In this document: one piece after another, positions 9,334 through 18,609 of the stretch | How positions within the stretch are numbered: the first letter of the stretch is position 1 | Layout of the letters: each line of letters starts with the position of its first letter | Source: a virus | Taxonomy: Duplodnaviria > Caudoviricetes | Virus record (IMG/VR): IMGVR_UViG_3300033407_000037 | Coordinates: 1 to 44,293 of that record | Reading direction: 5' to 3' (one strand) | DNA length: 44,293 nucleotides | Translations under genes and position numbers: made by a program | Notes under the pieces: model-generated | What the model saw: the letters and a program-made list of their open reading frames with translations, nothing else | Databases searched by the model: none | What the model was told of the DNA's origin: nothing

Positions 9334-11091
9334 ATCGCCGATCCTATAGGTGCCCTACGCGTCCTCCTGAGTGCGTCCGCCGCGCAATTCGAGGCGGATA
9401 TGAAGCGCGCGGGCGGCAGCCTGGGCAAGATGGGCAAGCAAGCTGCGCAGATGGGCAAGGCCGTCGCGGCGGCCGGGCTCGCGGCTGGTGTGGCCCTCGG
9501 CGCCCTCATCGTCCGCTCGATCGCTGCGGCCGACAACGCGCTCAAGGCCGCCCAAGGCATCGGGGTAACCGTCGAGGAGCTGACGGCGCTCCGGCACGCG
9601 GCCGATATCTCCGGGGTTGCGTCCGAAGAGTTCGACAAGGCGCTCGCCCGGCTGGCCCGCTCGAGCTCGGACGCCGCGCACGGGTTGCAGACGCAGAAAC
9701 GCGCCTTCGACGCGCTCCGCATCAGCGTGACCGAAGCTGACGGCACCCTCCGCAATCAGGTGGACATTCTCGGCGACGTGGCCGCGCAGTTCTCCGTCAT
9801 GGAGGACGGCGCGCGCAAGACCGCGCTCGCGCAGGAGATCTTCGGCGGGGCCGGGACGCGGCTGATCCCGATGTTGAACCAGGGCCGGGACGGCCTCAAA
9901 AACATGACGGACGAGGCCGAGGCGTTGGGGCTCGTGATCTCGACCGACACGGCCCGCGCAGCCGAGGAGTTCCAAGACAACCTGACCCGCCTCAAGCGCG
10001 TCGTTGACGGTCTCGTCAACCGGCTGTCCGAGGGCCTGCTGCCCAAGCTCGTCGAGATTTCGGAGGTCCTGCTCGACATGGCGGCCGGCACCAATCAGGC
10101 GTTTAAGGCCGAATCGCGCGCGATCCGCGCCCTGGGCGACGACGTGGACGCCCTCGCGATCCGTGAGGCGGGGCTCAAGCAGGAGATCAAGTCCCTCCAG
10201 GAGACGCTGGAACGCAGCAAGGGCCTGTTCGCCCCCATAGCGATCGGCGAGGCTACGGAGGAGCTCGACGGGCTGGTGCTGGCGCTCGACTTCGTGCAGC
10301 AGCGCCTCGAGCGCATCCGCCGCGGCGCGGCGACGCCGCTGCTCCCCCCCGACACGTCGTTCGTGGACCCCGAGACGGCCGCCCAGATGCAGGCCGTGGC
10401 AGACGCCGCCGAACGGCAGCGCGAGGCGATCGCCGCGGTGGTCGAGCAGCTACGGGAGGAAAATGAGACCTTTGGGCTCAGCGCCGAGGCCCAGCTCCGC
10501 TATCGCTTGGAAAAGATGGGCGCGACTGAGGAGACGATCCGCGCGGCCCTGGCCCTGGCCGAGGAGACGGCGAGGATGCGGGAGCTGTCGGGGCTCGTCA
10601 AGGCCACCGGCAAAAACGTCTCGCAGTTCGGCACGACGCTCAAGGACAGCATCACCTCTGCGCTGACCGCGAGCGGGGCCTCCCTCAAGTCCTTCGCGGC
10701 GAGCGTCGAGGCCGATCTCCAACGCATCATCGTGAAGCTCTTGGTCCTCAAGGCCCTGGGGTTCCTATTCGGTGGCAGCGCGATCGGGACCTTCCTCGGC
10801 ATCGCCGCGCCGAAGGGCCGGCAGCATGGGGGCCGGGTCCGCCGCGGCGAGATGGTGGTGGTCGGCGAGCAAGGGCCGGAGCTATTCGTCGCCGGCGTCT
10901 CGGGCCAGGTCGCCACGGAGCGGCAGGTCCACGAGGCGGTCGAGTCGGGGAATGGGAGCGGCGGCCCGGTGAGCGTGCAGTTCCCGCGCGGCCCGTTCCT
11001 GTTCGACCCGAGCGACGTGCGCCAGCAGGAGGCGTTCCGGCGGTTCATTCGCGACCTGACGGGCCGAGACGTGCTTCCGGTGGGAGGCTAA
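9334..11091 (+). CDS. Tape measure protein (about 585 aa; probable ATC start, first ATG at 9400)
   Basis: Helical Ala-rich protein; AQEIFGGAG..LIPMLN; C-terminal QHGGRV...VVGEQGPELF; in-frame upstream ADPIGALRVLLSA. Confidence 0.9.
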   Translation: MADPIGALRVLLSASAAQFEADMKRAGGSLGKMGKQAAQMGKAVAAAGLAAGVALGALIVRSIAAADNALKAAQGIGVTVEELTALRHAADISGVASEEFDKALARLARSSSDAAHGLQTQKRAFDALRISVTEADGTLRNQVDILGDVAAQFSVMEDGARKTALAQEIFGGAGTRLIPMLNQGRDGLKNMTDEAEALGLVISTDTARAAEEFQDNLTRLKRVVDGLVNRLSEGLLPKLVEISEVLLDMAAGTNQAFKAESRAIRALGDDVDALAIREAGLKQEIKSLQETLERSKGLFAPIAIGEATEELDGLVLALDFVQQRLERIRRGAATPLLPPDTSFVDPETAAQMQAVADAAERQREAIAAVVEQLREENETFGLSAEAQLRYRLEKMGATEETIRAALALAEETARMRELSGLVKATGKNVSQFGTTLKDSITSALTASGASLKSFAASVEADLQRIIVKLLVLKALGFLFGGSAIGTFLGIAAPKGRQHGGRVRRGEMVVVGEQGPELFVAGVSGQVATERQVHEAVESGNGSGGPVSVQFPRGPFLFDPSDVRQQEAFRRFIRDLTGRDVLPVGG

Positions 11092-11092
11092 G

Positions 11093-12802
11093 GTGGCACC
11101 GATCAGTCAGATATGGTGGGGAGACTCGGGCGAGAACATTCTCGACTTCCAGTACGCCTTCTTCGACCGGATTGGCGACCGGGAGCCCCGTCCGGGCAGC
11201 GCATGGGAGCGTGCGGGTGACGGGGAGGAGATCGCCTGGCTGGAGGGCCGCGACTACGTCGTGAGCGGCCAGGTGCGCCACATCTCGCAGGTCGGCGGGC
11301 CGGTGGGCTGGCAGGCGTTCCTCGATTGGGCCGGGGAGAAGCGCGACTTCCGGCTCGTGCCGGACCGGGACGTGCCCGACTTCTTCGTGCCCGACTGTCG
11401 GCTGATCCGGCCGCTCACGCCCCCGCGCTTCAGTATTGGCGAGGACCACAAGCGGCAGACGTCGTTGGCGATTCGGAATCCCACCGTCGATTTCGAGCAA
11501 GCCTACCGCGGGATCATGTTCGAGTACGCGCCGGGGGCGAGCCTTACGGACCCCGTGGCGGCGACGTTTGCGCGCGGGAGCGGGGCGTACCGCACCGGCG
11601 TCGATAAGAAGGACGCGACGGAACTGGCCAACGTGCTGCGCGATCGACACTACATCGGTGGTCAGCGCACGACGCTGCTCGAAGCGGCGCGGACGCCGGT
11701 CAATACCCCGGACCCGGAGGACTTCAGCACTGCGAATTGGGGGCGCATCTTCTGCACGGTCACGCACCCGTTCCGCACCGTAGGGGCGTTGAACCTCGAC
11801 AAGGTCAACGATGACCAGGCGGGCGGGTTCGGGAGGGTGGATTCCACCGCCGCCTTTCAGTTCATCACCGGGGGCACGAACGCCTGGCAGGTGGTGGTAC
11901 GGTACGACAGCAGCGTGCGCGTGCAGGTGGAGCTGATAGACCAGACGACGCTGGTCCGACATGGGCGCGTCGACTTGGTCTTCAACGCCGACGGGACCCT
12001 GAGCAGCACGGCGCCTGCCGAGGGCGCGACGAGCGGCAACTGCACGCTGCTCGACGTGGAACCGCTGGAAGACGGGAAGACCTTCCGGCTCTGGATTCAG
12101 GCGCTCGCCATCGTGCAGGCCAACAGCTACAAGGTGCGCCTGTTCGCGACTGCTGAGTCAGGTGGAGCGGCGGCGGACCTTGGCGCGGCGCTCTTCGGCG
12201 GCGTGCAGGTAGAGAACGCGGTGTTTCCGTCATCGTACAATGCAAACGCTGCGCGGAATGGCGACAGCTTCCGATGGGCGCACCGCCACGTCCCGCAGGC
12301 CATGTTCATCTTGGCCGACTTCATTGAGCGCGGGACGTTCTTCAACGTCGTTGATGGCGGCGCGTCGCCCCGCGTGGTGCAGATCGGTAGCGCGGCGAAC
12401 GACAACAAGTCCAGGTTGCATATTCTCGCCCCGGCGGGCGGAACTACGTATCGCGTCCTGCACACCAACGACGCGAATGCGAACGTATTTGCCGAGCTGA
12501 CGCACGGTCACGCCATCGGGGACCGCGTGCAGCTCCTCGGGGTTTTCTACCCTGACGGATCGGTGCAGATCAAGAAAGTGGTGAACGGTGGCGCTGAGAC
12601 CGCCGGAACGCAGAGCGGCGCGCTGGCATGGGACGCCACGTTCGACGCAACTGGCTCGGCTGACGGGTTGCCGGAACTCTACATCAACTCCCGTAACGCC
12701 ACGATCGGGCGCGGATTCAATGCCCACGCGCGCATTAAGGTGGGAGTCCTCACCCACGGGGGCGTGACCCGCGACACGATCGCCAAGGCGTATAGCGCGT
12801 GA
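11093..12802 (+). CDS. Distal tail protein-like N-terminus fused to carbohydrate-binding/LamG-like domains
   Basis: Directly after tape measure; TFARGSGA, LLEAART, FGGVQVE...PSSY motifs seen in phage fibre/spike domains. Confidence 0.55.
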   Translation: MAPISQIWWGDSGENILDFQYAFFDRIGDREPRPGSAWERAGDGEEIAWLEGRDYVVSGQVRHISQVGGPVGWQAFLDWAGEKRDFRLVPDRDVPDFFVPDCRLIRPLTPPRFSIGEDHKRQTSLAIRNPTVDFEQAYRGIMFEYAPGASLTDPVAATFARGSGAYRTGVDKKDATELANVLRDRHYIGGQRTTLLEAARTPVNTPDPEDFSTANWGRIFCTVTHPFRTVGALNLDKVNDDQAGGFGRVDSTAAFQFITGGTNAWQVVVRYDSSVRVQVELIDQTTLVRHGRVDLVFNADGTLSSTAPAEGATSGNCTLLDVEPLEDGKTFRLWIQALAIVQANSYKVRLFATAESGGAAADLGAALFGGVQVENAVFPSSYNANAARNGDSFRWAHRHVPQAMFILADFIERGTFFNVVDGGASPRVVQIGSAANDNKSRLHILAPAGGTTYRVLHTNDANANVFAELTHGHAIGDRVQLLGVFYPDGSVQIKKVVNGGAETAGTQSGALAWDATFDATGSADGLPELYINSRNATIGRGFNAHARIKVGVLTHGGVTRDTIAKAYSA

Positions 12803-15336
12803 CGACATACGACGCGGTTTACAAGTTGAGCGTGATGGCTCCCCGCTCGATTGATCCTGACGAGGAGACAGTCTTAACGCCCGTGGCTGGCGCGCAGCAT
12901 TCGGACAAGTTCCTCGTGGCCACGCGGGGCAGCATCTCGGACGCGCTCGGCTCCTACCAGCCCTATCTCCAACCCATCGCCGCGGGCCATCGGGGCCGCG
13001 TGGATGTCCGCAACAAGGCCGCCGCCATCGGCGTCATGTACTTCGAGGTCGTCAACCCCGCCCTCGTCCCAGGTGTCCCGCTCACGCGCTGGCTCGAAGC
13101 CTTCCTCGGCACGCTCGACGGACAGATCCGCGCGGGGGGCTTGCGCGCGCGCGCGTGGGAGAGTCTGGACAACGGGGCGACCTTCACGGCGTTCTGGACG
13201 GGGCGGCTGTACACGCTCGAACAGGTGGACTCGCCCGCCAAGTACCGGCTGGGGGTCCGCGAGTCGGGCGACGACCTCAAAGCCCTGGCGTGGGTCGGGC
13301 GGCCGCACAGTTCAATCGCGTATGTCGGATTCGCGACCTTGTTGCCGATCGCCGCGACGACCGTGCCCTACGGCCTGCTTCCGGTCGTCCGGCCGCTCAC
13401 GGGGACGATCAGCGAGCTCACATCCCCCCCTGACGCTTCGGTGCGGGTCATCGTGGTGGACGTGAATCACGTCAACCGCACCGACAACATCATCTCGCAG
13501 AACCTGCGGGAGCAACGGACGACCGCCCGCGTGCGCGTGAAGCGGCTCGATACCCAGGCGGTGGGCTTTTTCCACTACTACGCGCCCAACCTCCCCTCGG
13601 AGCAGAACGGGCTCGGCACGCATCACTTGCACCCGAGATTCATCCAGATCCAGGAGCTCGACACGATTGACGTGGGGTACATGGCGTTCCCGCCCAACGA
13701 CACGGCGGTCGAGACCTGGATTGAGCCGGAGTACGAGGCGTCGGACGCGACGCCCCTCCTCGTTGGAGACGTGCATCCCGTCACCCTCTGGAAGGCCCTC
13801 CTCGACGGGCACTTCGGCTACCTCTGGACGCCGCCCGAGCCGCTCCCGCCGGGCGTGAGCTACGGCGACCCCCACCTCGCCGTCCCCTACCACGCCGCCA
13901 AGTTCGACGAGCTCGAGGCGGACGACCGCTTTCCCTTGGTGCGGTTTGTCGTGACGGCGCGCGAGCCCCGCGGGAACTGGATACAGGAGCACATCCTCCG
14001 GCCGGCGAACCTCGCCTACTACTTCGACGGCGACGGGGTGCTGAACCCGATTGACCTCCGCAGGCCCACGGACGTGTCCGCTATCCCGACGATCACGGAT
14101 GACGATCTCCAGCTCGGGGCGCCCAAGGAGTGGGAGTACGACCGCAGCCGGGCCATCACGCGGGTGGACGCAGCCTACTACACCGACGACATCCAGAAGG
14201 TGGACGACGTGTATGCGGACACGGCCTTCTACCCGACAGTCAAGGGCGGGGCGCTGCAGGAAGTGCGCCACCCCATCACCATCCTCGACTTGGGCTCGAG
14301 CGATCTGGGCGACGAGCCGTTCGCGCTCGACGTGGCGGGATTCCGCGCGATGCCGGGGGAGTCGCTGAATGGGCAACCGCGGACGGACTACCTGCGCGCG
14401 CGCCTCGACGAGTTGGCGCATGACACGGCCCTACCCTTCGGGGTCGGCGCGCCCACCATGCCCCTGTCCTGCAAGCGGGGGAGCGCCGGGGATGCGCAGC
14501 TCGGGGAGCTACGGAAAATCAGTATCCGCTCCGTGCCCGACCCCGCGACGAACAAGCTCGGCGGCACCCGCGTCGTCCGGGTCGAGTCGCGCCACGAGCG
14601 CCAGGGGTTCGTACAACTCTCGGTGATGGACCTGGGCCTGCCCACCGTCGCAGGGGTTCCCACGCTGGGCCAGCCGGCGCAGGAAGTCGGCAACACGACC
14701 ATCGGGGCCACGACGCTCGTGACGCTCAACGCCGCGGGCGATCCGGTCGAGGTGCATTTCGCCGTGACGGACACGGGCGTGGGCACGGCCCCCGTGGAGG
14801 GGGACGCGCTGTGGACGCCGGTCCCGGGCCTCGTGCGCGCGACGGGAACGCTGACCTTCCGGCCGGGCACGCCGGGGAAGCGCATCTGGGTGCGGGGCCG
14901 CACGTTCCCCGACGTGCGGGTGAACTACGAGCTGCCGAGCGCGTGGGTTGCCGCCGGTGGCACAGGCCGGGTTGATCTGGCGACGATCGCGGCGCCCTCA
15001 TCGCCCGCGGGCTCGCTGCAGACCGCGCGGTCGTTCCGGGTGACGTGGACGAATGGTTCCGCCGACTTCCCGACGGAGCTGCTGATCGCGACCCCCACGA
15101 CCGATCCCCGCGTCGTGGTTACCCGGCTGCCGGCGGGGAGCACGCAGTACGACTTCCCGGGCGACACGGGGCTCCTGATCCAGCCCTCGACGACGTACCG
15201 CGTCGGCATCCGGCATTCGGTGGGGCCTGAGGCGGTGTCGGCCGAGGTGACGGTGGACGTGACCACGACGGCTGTTGAGCCGACGTTCCCGCCGATCATC
15301 ATTCCGCCCCGGCTCTTCGGCAAGGAGATCATCTAG
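12799..15336 (+). CDS. Tail tip/hub protein with C-terminal fibronectin-III-like domain
   Basis: 845 aa; position; FRVTWTN...LIQPSTTYRVGIR FN3 pattern. Confidence 0.6.
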   Translation: MTTYDAVYKLSVMAPRSIDPDEETVLTPVAGAQHSDKFLVATRGSISDALGSYQPYLQPIAAGHRGRVDVRNKAAAIGVMYFEVVNPALVPGVPLTRWLEAFLGTLDGQIRAGGLRARAWESLDNGATFTAFWTGRLYTLEQVDSPAKYRLGVRESGDDLKALAWVGRPHSSIAYVGFATLLPIAATTVPYGLLPVVRPLTGTISELTSPPDASVRVIVVDVNHVNRTDNIISQNLREQRTTARVRVKRLDTQAVGFFHYYAPNLPSEQNGLGTHHLHPRFIQIQELDTIDVGYMAFPPNDTAVETWIEPEYEASDATPLLVGDVHPVTLWKALLDGHFGYLWTPPEPLPPGVSYGDPHLAVPYHAAKFDELEADDRFPLVRFVVTAREPRGNWIQEHILRPANLAYYFDGDGVLNPIDLRRPTDVSAIPTITDDDLQLGAPKEWEYDRSRAITRVDAAYYTDDIQKVDDVYADTAFYPTVKGGALQEVRHPITILDLGSSDLGDEPFALDVAGFRAMPGESLNGQPRTDYLRARLDELAHDTALPFGVGAPTMPLSCKRGSAGDAQLGELRKISIRSVPDPATNKLGGTRVVRVESRHERQGFVQLSVMDLGLPTVAGVPTLGQPAQEVGNTTIGATTLVTLNAAGDPVEVHFAVTDTGVGTAPVEGDALWTPVPGLVRATGTLTFRPGTPGKRIWVRGRTFPDVRVNYELPSAWVAAGGTGRVDLATIAAPSSPAGSLQTARSFRVTWTNGSADFPTELLIATPTTDPRVVVTRLPAGSTQYDFPGDTGLLIQPSTTYRVGIRHSVGPEAVSAEVTVDVTTTAVEPTFPPIIIPPRLFGKEII

Positions 15337-16571
15337 TGGCCCTGACGTTCGAGCAGCAGCGGCCGGTCGAGATGTCCACCATCGGGGTGGGGCTCATCCT
15401 CGTGCCGCCCCGCGACGCGACGACCAACATCCCGTGGACGGGCGGCATCGAGATTGAACGCGCGCCCGACTCGGGTGGATCCCCCGGCACGCCCGTGAGC
15501 ATCGCGGTGCTCGACCACGTCCCTCCTGCCGGCGGCCGCTACATCGACCCGCGGCCGTGGACGACGGACGTGTGGTGGTATCGCTACCGGCCGGTGCGCG
15601 CGGGTGGGGTGGGAACGTTCGGCCCTTACGTGAGCGCCACGCCGGGGCTGTTCCCACGGGGGACCAAGCTGGGGATGCAGGCGGGGGACGCCGCCGCGTT
15701 CTACGCGGGCGTGCGCGGCGAGCCGCTATCCGACGGCGAGTACGCCCTCCGGTCAACTACGGGCGCAGGCTTGCAAGCAGCGCCTGACGTGAAGCTCGAT
15801 CCGGCGAACGGCATCCTCGAGGGCGGGGTGGTCCACAAGCTCTACCGCCATCGGGAGGAGATCACGGTTCAGGGAGCGGACGCGGACGGCGACGTGGAGG
15901 TGACCTTTGCCCAGCCGTACCAGAGTGCCCCGATGATCTTCGTCCGGGGTGGGCAGTACGTGACGTACTCGTCCGTGCTCGGGAACGTCATGCAGAAGCT
16001 GCGGCTGCAGGCCCTGGATGCGGACGCGAATGGATTCACCTCACGGACGCAGATCGTGAACACGGGGGTCACGACCGCGCAAACCGATGACTTCCCGGCT
16101 GCAAATCTCATCGACGCCGTCGGCGAGACCGCCGAAGTGAACCTCGACCCCGGCGGGGCGAACGACGACACCTACACTGTGCACTATTACGTCGAGGTGA
16201 CGCTGTCGTCACCCGGCGACGACCCGAACGTGGATCTGACGGTCGCGATCGAGACGAACGACGGGAGTGCATGGGTGGAGCGTGCGACGTTCGTCTACAG
16301 TCGCTCGACTGCGGGAACCTCCACGTTCTCGCACGAACAGAAACCGATCGTGGTGTCGGGGCTCGTTCTCGATACAGACATTCGCCTGCGGGCCAAGTCG
16401 TTCCTCGTCCACGATGCGACCGGCAGCTTCAAGGTGCAAGGAGGCGACAGCGGAGGCGGCGCGCCTGGGGCCTTCGCTGGCGTCACGTACACCACGGCAA
16501 CCGACGACGCGGACAGCGCAATCCCGGACGCTGGGGATCACGTCATTTGGGTGGCTCAGGAGGTCGTATGA
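15336..16571 (+). CDS. Tail fibre / receptor-binding protein
   Basis: N-terminal FN3-like IEIERAPD...WWYRYR; VTFAQPY..AP lectin-like motif; last large tail gene. Confidence 0.55.
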   Translation: MALTFEQQRPVEMSTIGVGLILVPPRDATTNIPWTGGIEIERAPDSGGSPGTPVSIAVLDHVPPAGGRYIDPRPWTTDVWWYRYRPVRAGGVGTFGPYVSATPGLFPRGTKLGMQAGDAAAFYAGVRGEPLSDGEYALRSTTGAGLQAAPDVKLDPANGILEGGVVHKLYRHREEITVQGADADGDVEVTFAQPYQSAPMIFVRGGQYVTYSSVLGNVMQKLRLQALDADANGFTSRTQIVNTGVTTAQTDDFPAANLIDAVGETAEVNLDPGGANDDTYTVHYYVEVTLSSPGDDPNVDLTVAIETNDGSAWVERATFVYSRSTAGTSTFSHEQKPIVVSGLVLDTDIRLRAKSFLVHDATGSFKVQGGDSGGGAPGAFAGVTYTTATDDADSAIPDAGDHVIWVAQEVV

Positions 16572-16855
16572 AAACGTGGGCGGACAGCGCGGGAGTGCGC
16601 CCGCCGGGGTTGAGCATGGACCGCGACGCTGGTCAGGGGCCGCCGCGGTGCTGCGCGCGGCGACTCGTGGCCGCCGACGCGCTGGTCCATTATGGCGACC
16701 TGCATCCCACCCGCCTCGCCAGGGTACTGGCGCGATTCCCCCACCTGGCGGACGTCCCGCTGGACCAGCTCTACCTGTGCGACGGCTGCCGGGGCACGAT
16801 CCGGCGCGAGGTGGTGCTCACGCGGGATGAGGAGCCAACCCTCAAGGTTCGCTGA
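16568..16855 (+). CDS. Hypothetical protein (Cys pairs CC and CxxC)
   Basis: AGGAGG RBS, ATGA overlap with the upstream stop. Confidence 0.55.
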   Translation: MKTWADSAGVRPPGLSMDRDAGQGPPRCCARRLVAADALVHYGDLHPTRLARVLARFPHLADVPLDQLYLCDGCRGTIRREVVLTRDEEPTLKVR

Positions 16856-17585
16856 GCAAAAAGTCGGAGCCGGTGGCGTACCCGGCGCACCAGGTCGTAT
16901 GTCCTTGATTCCAGGTGGCGCGGTAGACGCGGGGCGTATCGGACTCCATGCGGAGGTTCTCGACGCTCGGCACGTAGACTTGCGCTGTGGCGGTGTCCTG
17001 AATGATCTGGATGACGACATTACCCGTCGTGGTGTCCACCACTTTATCCTTCCAGAACCGGATAAAGCGCCGTGAGACAGCAATCTCGCCTCGCAGGTCG
17101 TCCCACTCGCTCGTTTTGTAGGCCATCGACCCGTCAAAATACTGGCGGATTATAGAATCCTGCCCGATGGGCGGGTCCTCGATTCCGCGCATGTGCACGG
17201 TGCTCTCGTAACAGCGGTAATCGAGTCGCCATGTGCGGGTCGAGAGATCGGACACGGCCGTCGCGGCAATGTTCGCGGTGAGCGTCCCGGCGGTGGCGGT
17301 CAGGGTGCCGCGCGCCTCGCGCTCGGCGCCGAGCTGATCGCCGACTCGCGTGAAGCCAGCCGGCACCGTCCAGGTGACCGCTGGAGCGGCCACGGTGTCC
17401 CCGTCGGCATTGACGGCGCCCGAGATCAGCCCCGACAGCGTGAGCGGGCTGCCGCGCCAGAATCCCGTGTCGGGATCCGCGACGAGCAGCTGCACGATGG
17501 CCGGCGGCTGGGAGTTGACTGGGGCCGCGGCGTCGCCGCAGGCGGCGAGGGCGAATAGCGTCAGGGCACTGATCGTAGTCCGCAT
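16842..17585 (-). CDS. Lipoprotein moron, possible superinfection exclusion
   Basis: Signal peptide with lipobox LAAC; AGGAGG RBS; opposite strand to the late genes. Confidence 0.7.
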   Translation of the reverse strand: MRTTISALTLFALAACGDAAAPVNSQPPAIVQLLVADPDTGFWRGSPLTLSGLISGAVNADGDTVAAPAVTWTVPAGFTRVGDQLGAEREARGTLTATAGTLTANIAATAVSDLSTRTWRLDYRCYESTVHMRGIEDPPIGQDSIIRQYFDGSMAYKTSEWDDLRGEIAVSRRFIRFWKDKVVDTTTGNVVIQIIQDTATAQVYVPSVENLRMESDTPRVYRATWNQGHTTWCAGYATGSDFLLSEP

Positions 17586-17645
17586 GGGGCACCTCCTGGT
17601 GCTGCCCTACGGTACCTCGCGGGCCCAGGCTTCGCTACTCCGGCC

Positions 17646-17674
17646 TTGGAAATCCCCGAGCCCGGGCCTATCTT
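17646..17674 (+). promoter_or_regulatory. Sigma70-like promoter upstream of the lysis cassette
   Basis: TTGGAA-17 nt-TATCTT; architecture mirrored at 36778-36806. Confidence 0.6.
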
Positions 17675-17684
17675 AGCTCCAGCA

Positions 17685-17714
17685 GGCCACGGTCGGCAGC
17701 AGGCCGGCGAGGGC
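17685..17714 (+). promoter_or_regulatory. Conserved leader element copy A (GGCCACG + 6-bp hairpin)
   Basis: GGCCACGGTCG-N9-CGGCGAGGGC shared with 36818-36847; stem GTCGGC/GCCGGC. Confidence 0.7.
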
Positions 17715-17751
17715 TTCAGGGGAGTCATCCCCTGGGGCCCTTTTTGCGTTT
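17711..17751 (+). terminator. Intrinsic terminator in the lysis leader
   Basis: 13-bp stem GGGCTTCAGGGGA/TCCCCTGGGGCCC (two G-U pairs), loop GTCA, then TTTTTGCGTTT. Confidence 0.8.
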
Positions 17752-17811
17752 CCCCTGACCTAGGGTGCGGCGCTGATCCAAGCGACGGAGATCATCGGAG
17801 GCCTGGGGCTC

Positions 17812-18027
17812 GTGCCCAACGTGGCGGCGGCCGTCTGGCTCGTCTACGGCGGGGCGAAGCTGTGGCAGACGCTCCGCGGGGGCAACGGCAACGGCAAGGC
17901 GATCGCCGCGCAGCTGCGGTGGCTGCGCGAGCAGCTGAAGGAGGACGTCGCCGACGCGAACACGCTCTTGCTCGCGCGCTTCGAGCTCCTCATCGGCAAC
18001 GCGATCCGGGAGGCCCGCCGTGGCTAG
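17812..18027 (+). CDS. Small membrane protein (holin/antiholin-like); start may be further upstream
   Basis: N-terminal hydrophobic helix then charged helix; GGAGG upstream. Confidence 0.5.
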   Translation: MPNVAAAVWLVYGGAKLWQTLRGGNGNGKAIAAQLRWLREQLKEDVADANTLLLARFELLIGNAIREARRG

Positions 18028-18328
18028 GGTCCTCGTGGTCGACGACGATCCCAGCGTGCTCCGCCTGATGCTGACCTGGCTCGCCGAGGCGGGCTATGAC
18101 GCGATCGGCGCGAGCCGGGTCCGCGAGGCCCAGCTGCTGCCGGGCCCGTTCGCGGCGCTGGTGCTCGACATCGGGTTGCCGAACGGCCAGCCGCGGGACG
18201 TGCAGGCGGCGCATCCGGGCGTGCCGACGCTCACCGTCTCGGGCGATCTCCAGGCCAATCTCCGCAAGCCCTTCGTCGGCCGGGACCTGGTGGGGGCGGT
18301 GCAGTCGCTGATCGGAGGCGGGACATGA
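18020..18328 (+). CDS. Stand-alone response-regulator receiver domain (CheY-like)
   Basis: VLVVDDD, phospho-acceptor D50 (LVLDIGLP), S74, K83-P-F. Confidence 0.85.
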   Translation: MARVLVVDDDPSVLRLMLTWLAEAGYDAIGASRVREAQLLPGPFAALVLDIGLPNGQPRDVQAAHPGVPTLTVSGDLQANLRKPFVGRDLVGAVQSLIGGGT

Positions 18329-18609
18329 GGCTCACGCACAGCCACAGGCAGCTCCAGGCGCTCCAGGCCATTCCCGGCTCACGGCGCCGCACCAAGGTGC
18401 TCCGCTCGATCGTGGGCACCCTGGTGTTCGTGGGCGCCTGGTTTCTTCCCAAGTGGTTGGGCTTCCCCCAGGCCGTCGCCTACATCGTCGGCGGCTTCGG
18501 CGCCTTCATCGTCAGCCAGGACCTGGTGGGCACCTTCTTCCGGCTCGTGCCGGCGGTCATCGCGGACGTCGTGCTCGCTTTTCGCGGTCAGCGTGCCGGA
18601 CCGCCGTAG
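18325..18609 (+). CDS. Putative holin (2-3 transmembrane segments)
   Basis: Hydrophobic helices, basic N-terminus, directly before the endolysin. Confidence 0.55.
   Translation: MRLTHSHRQLQALQAIPGSRRRTKVLRSIVGTLVFVGAWFLPKWLGFPQAVAYIVGGFGAFIVSQDLVGTFFRLVPAVIADVVLAFRGQRAGPP

Noticed and set aside
11093-16571. Diversity-generating retroelement or invertible tail-fibre system
   Set aside because: No reverse transcriptase, template/variable repeat pair or invertase seen
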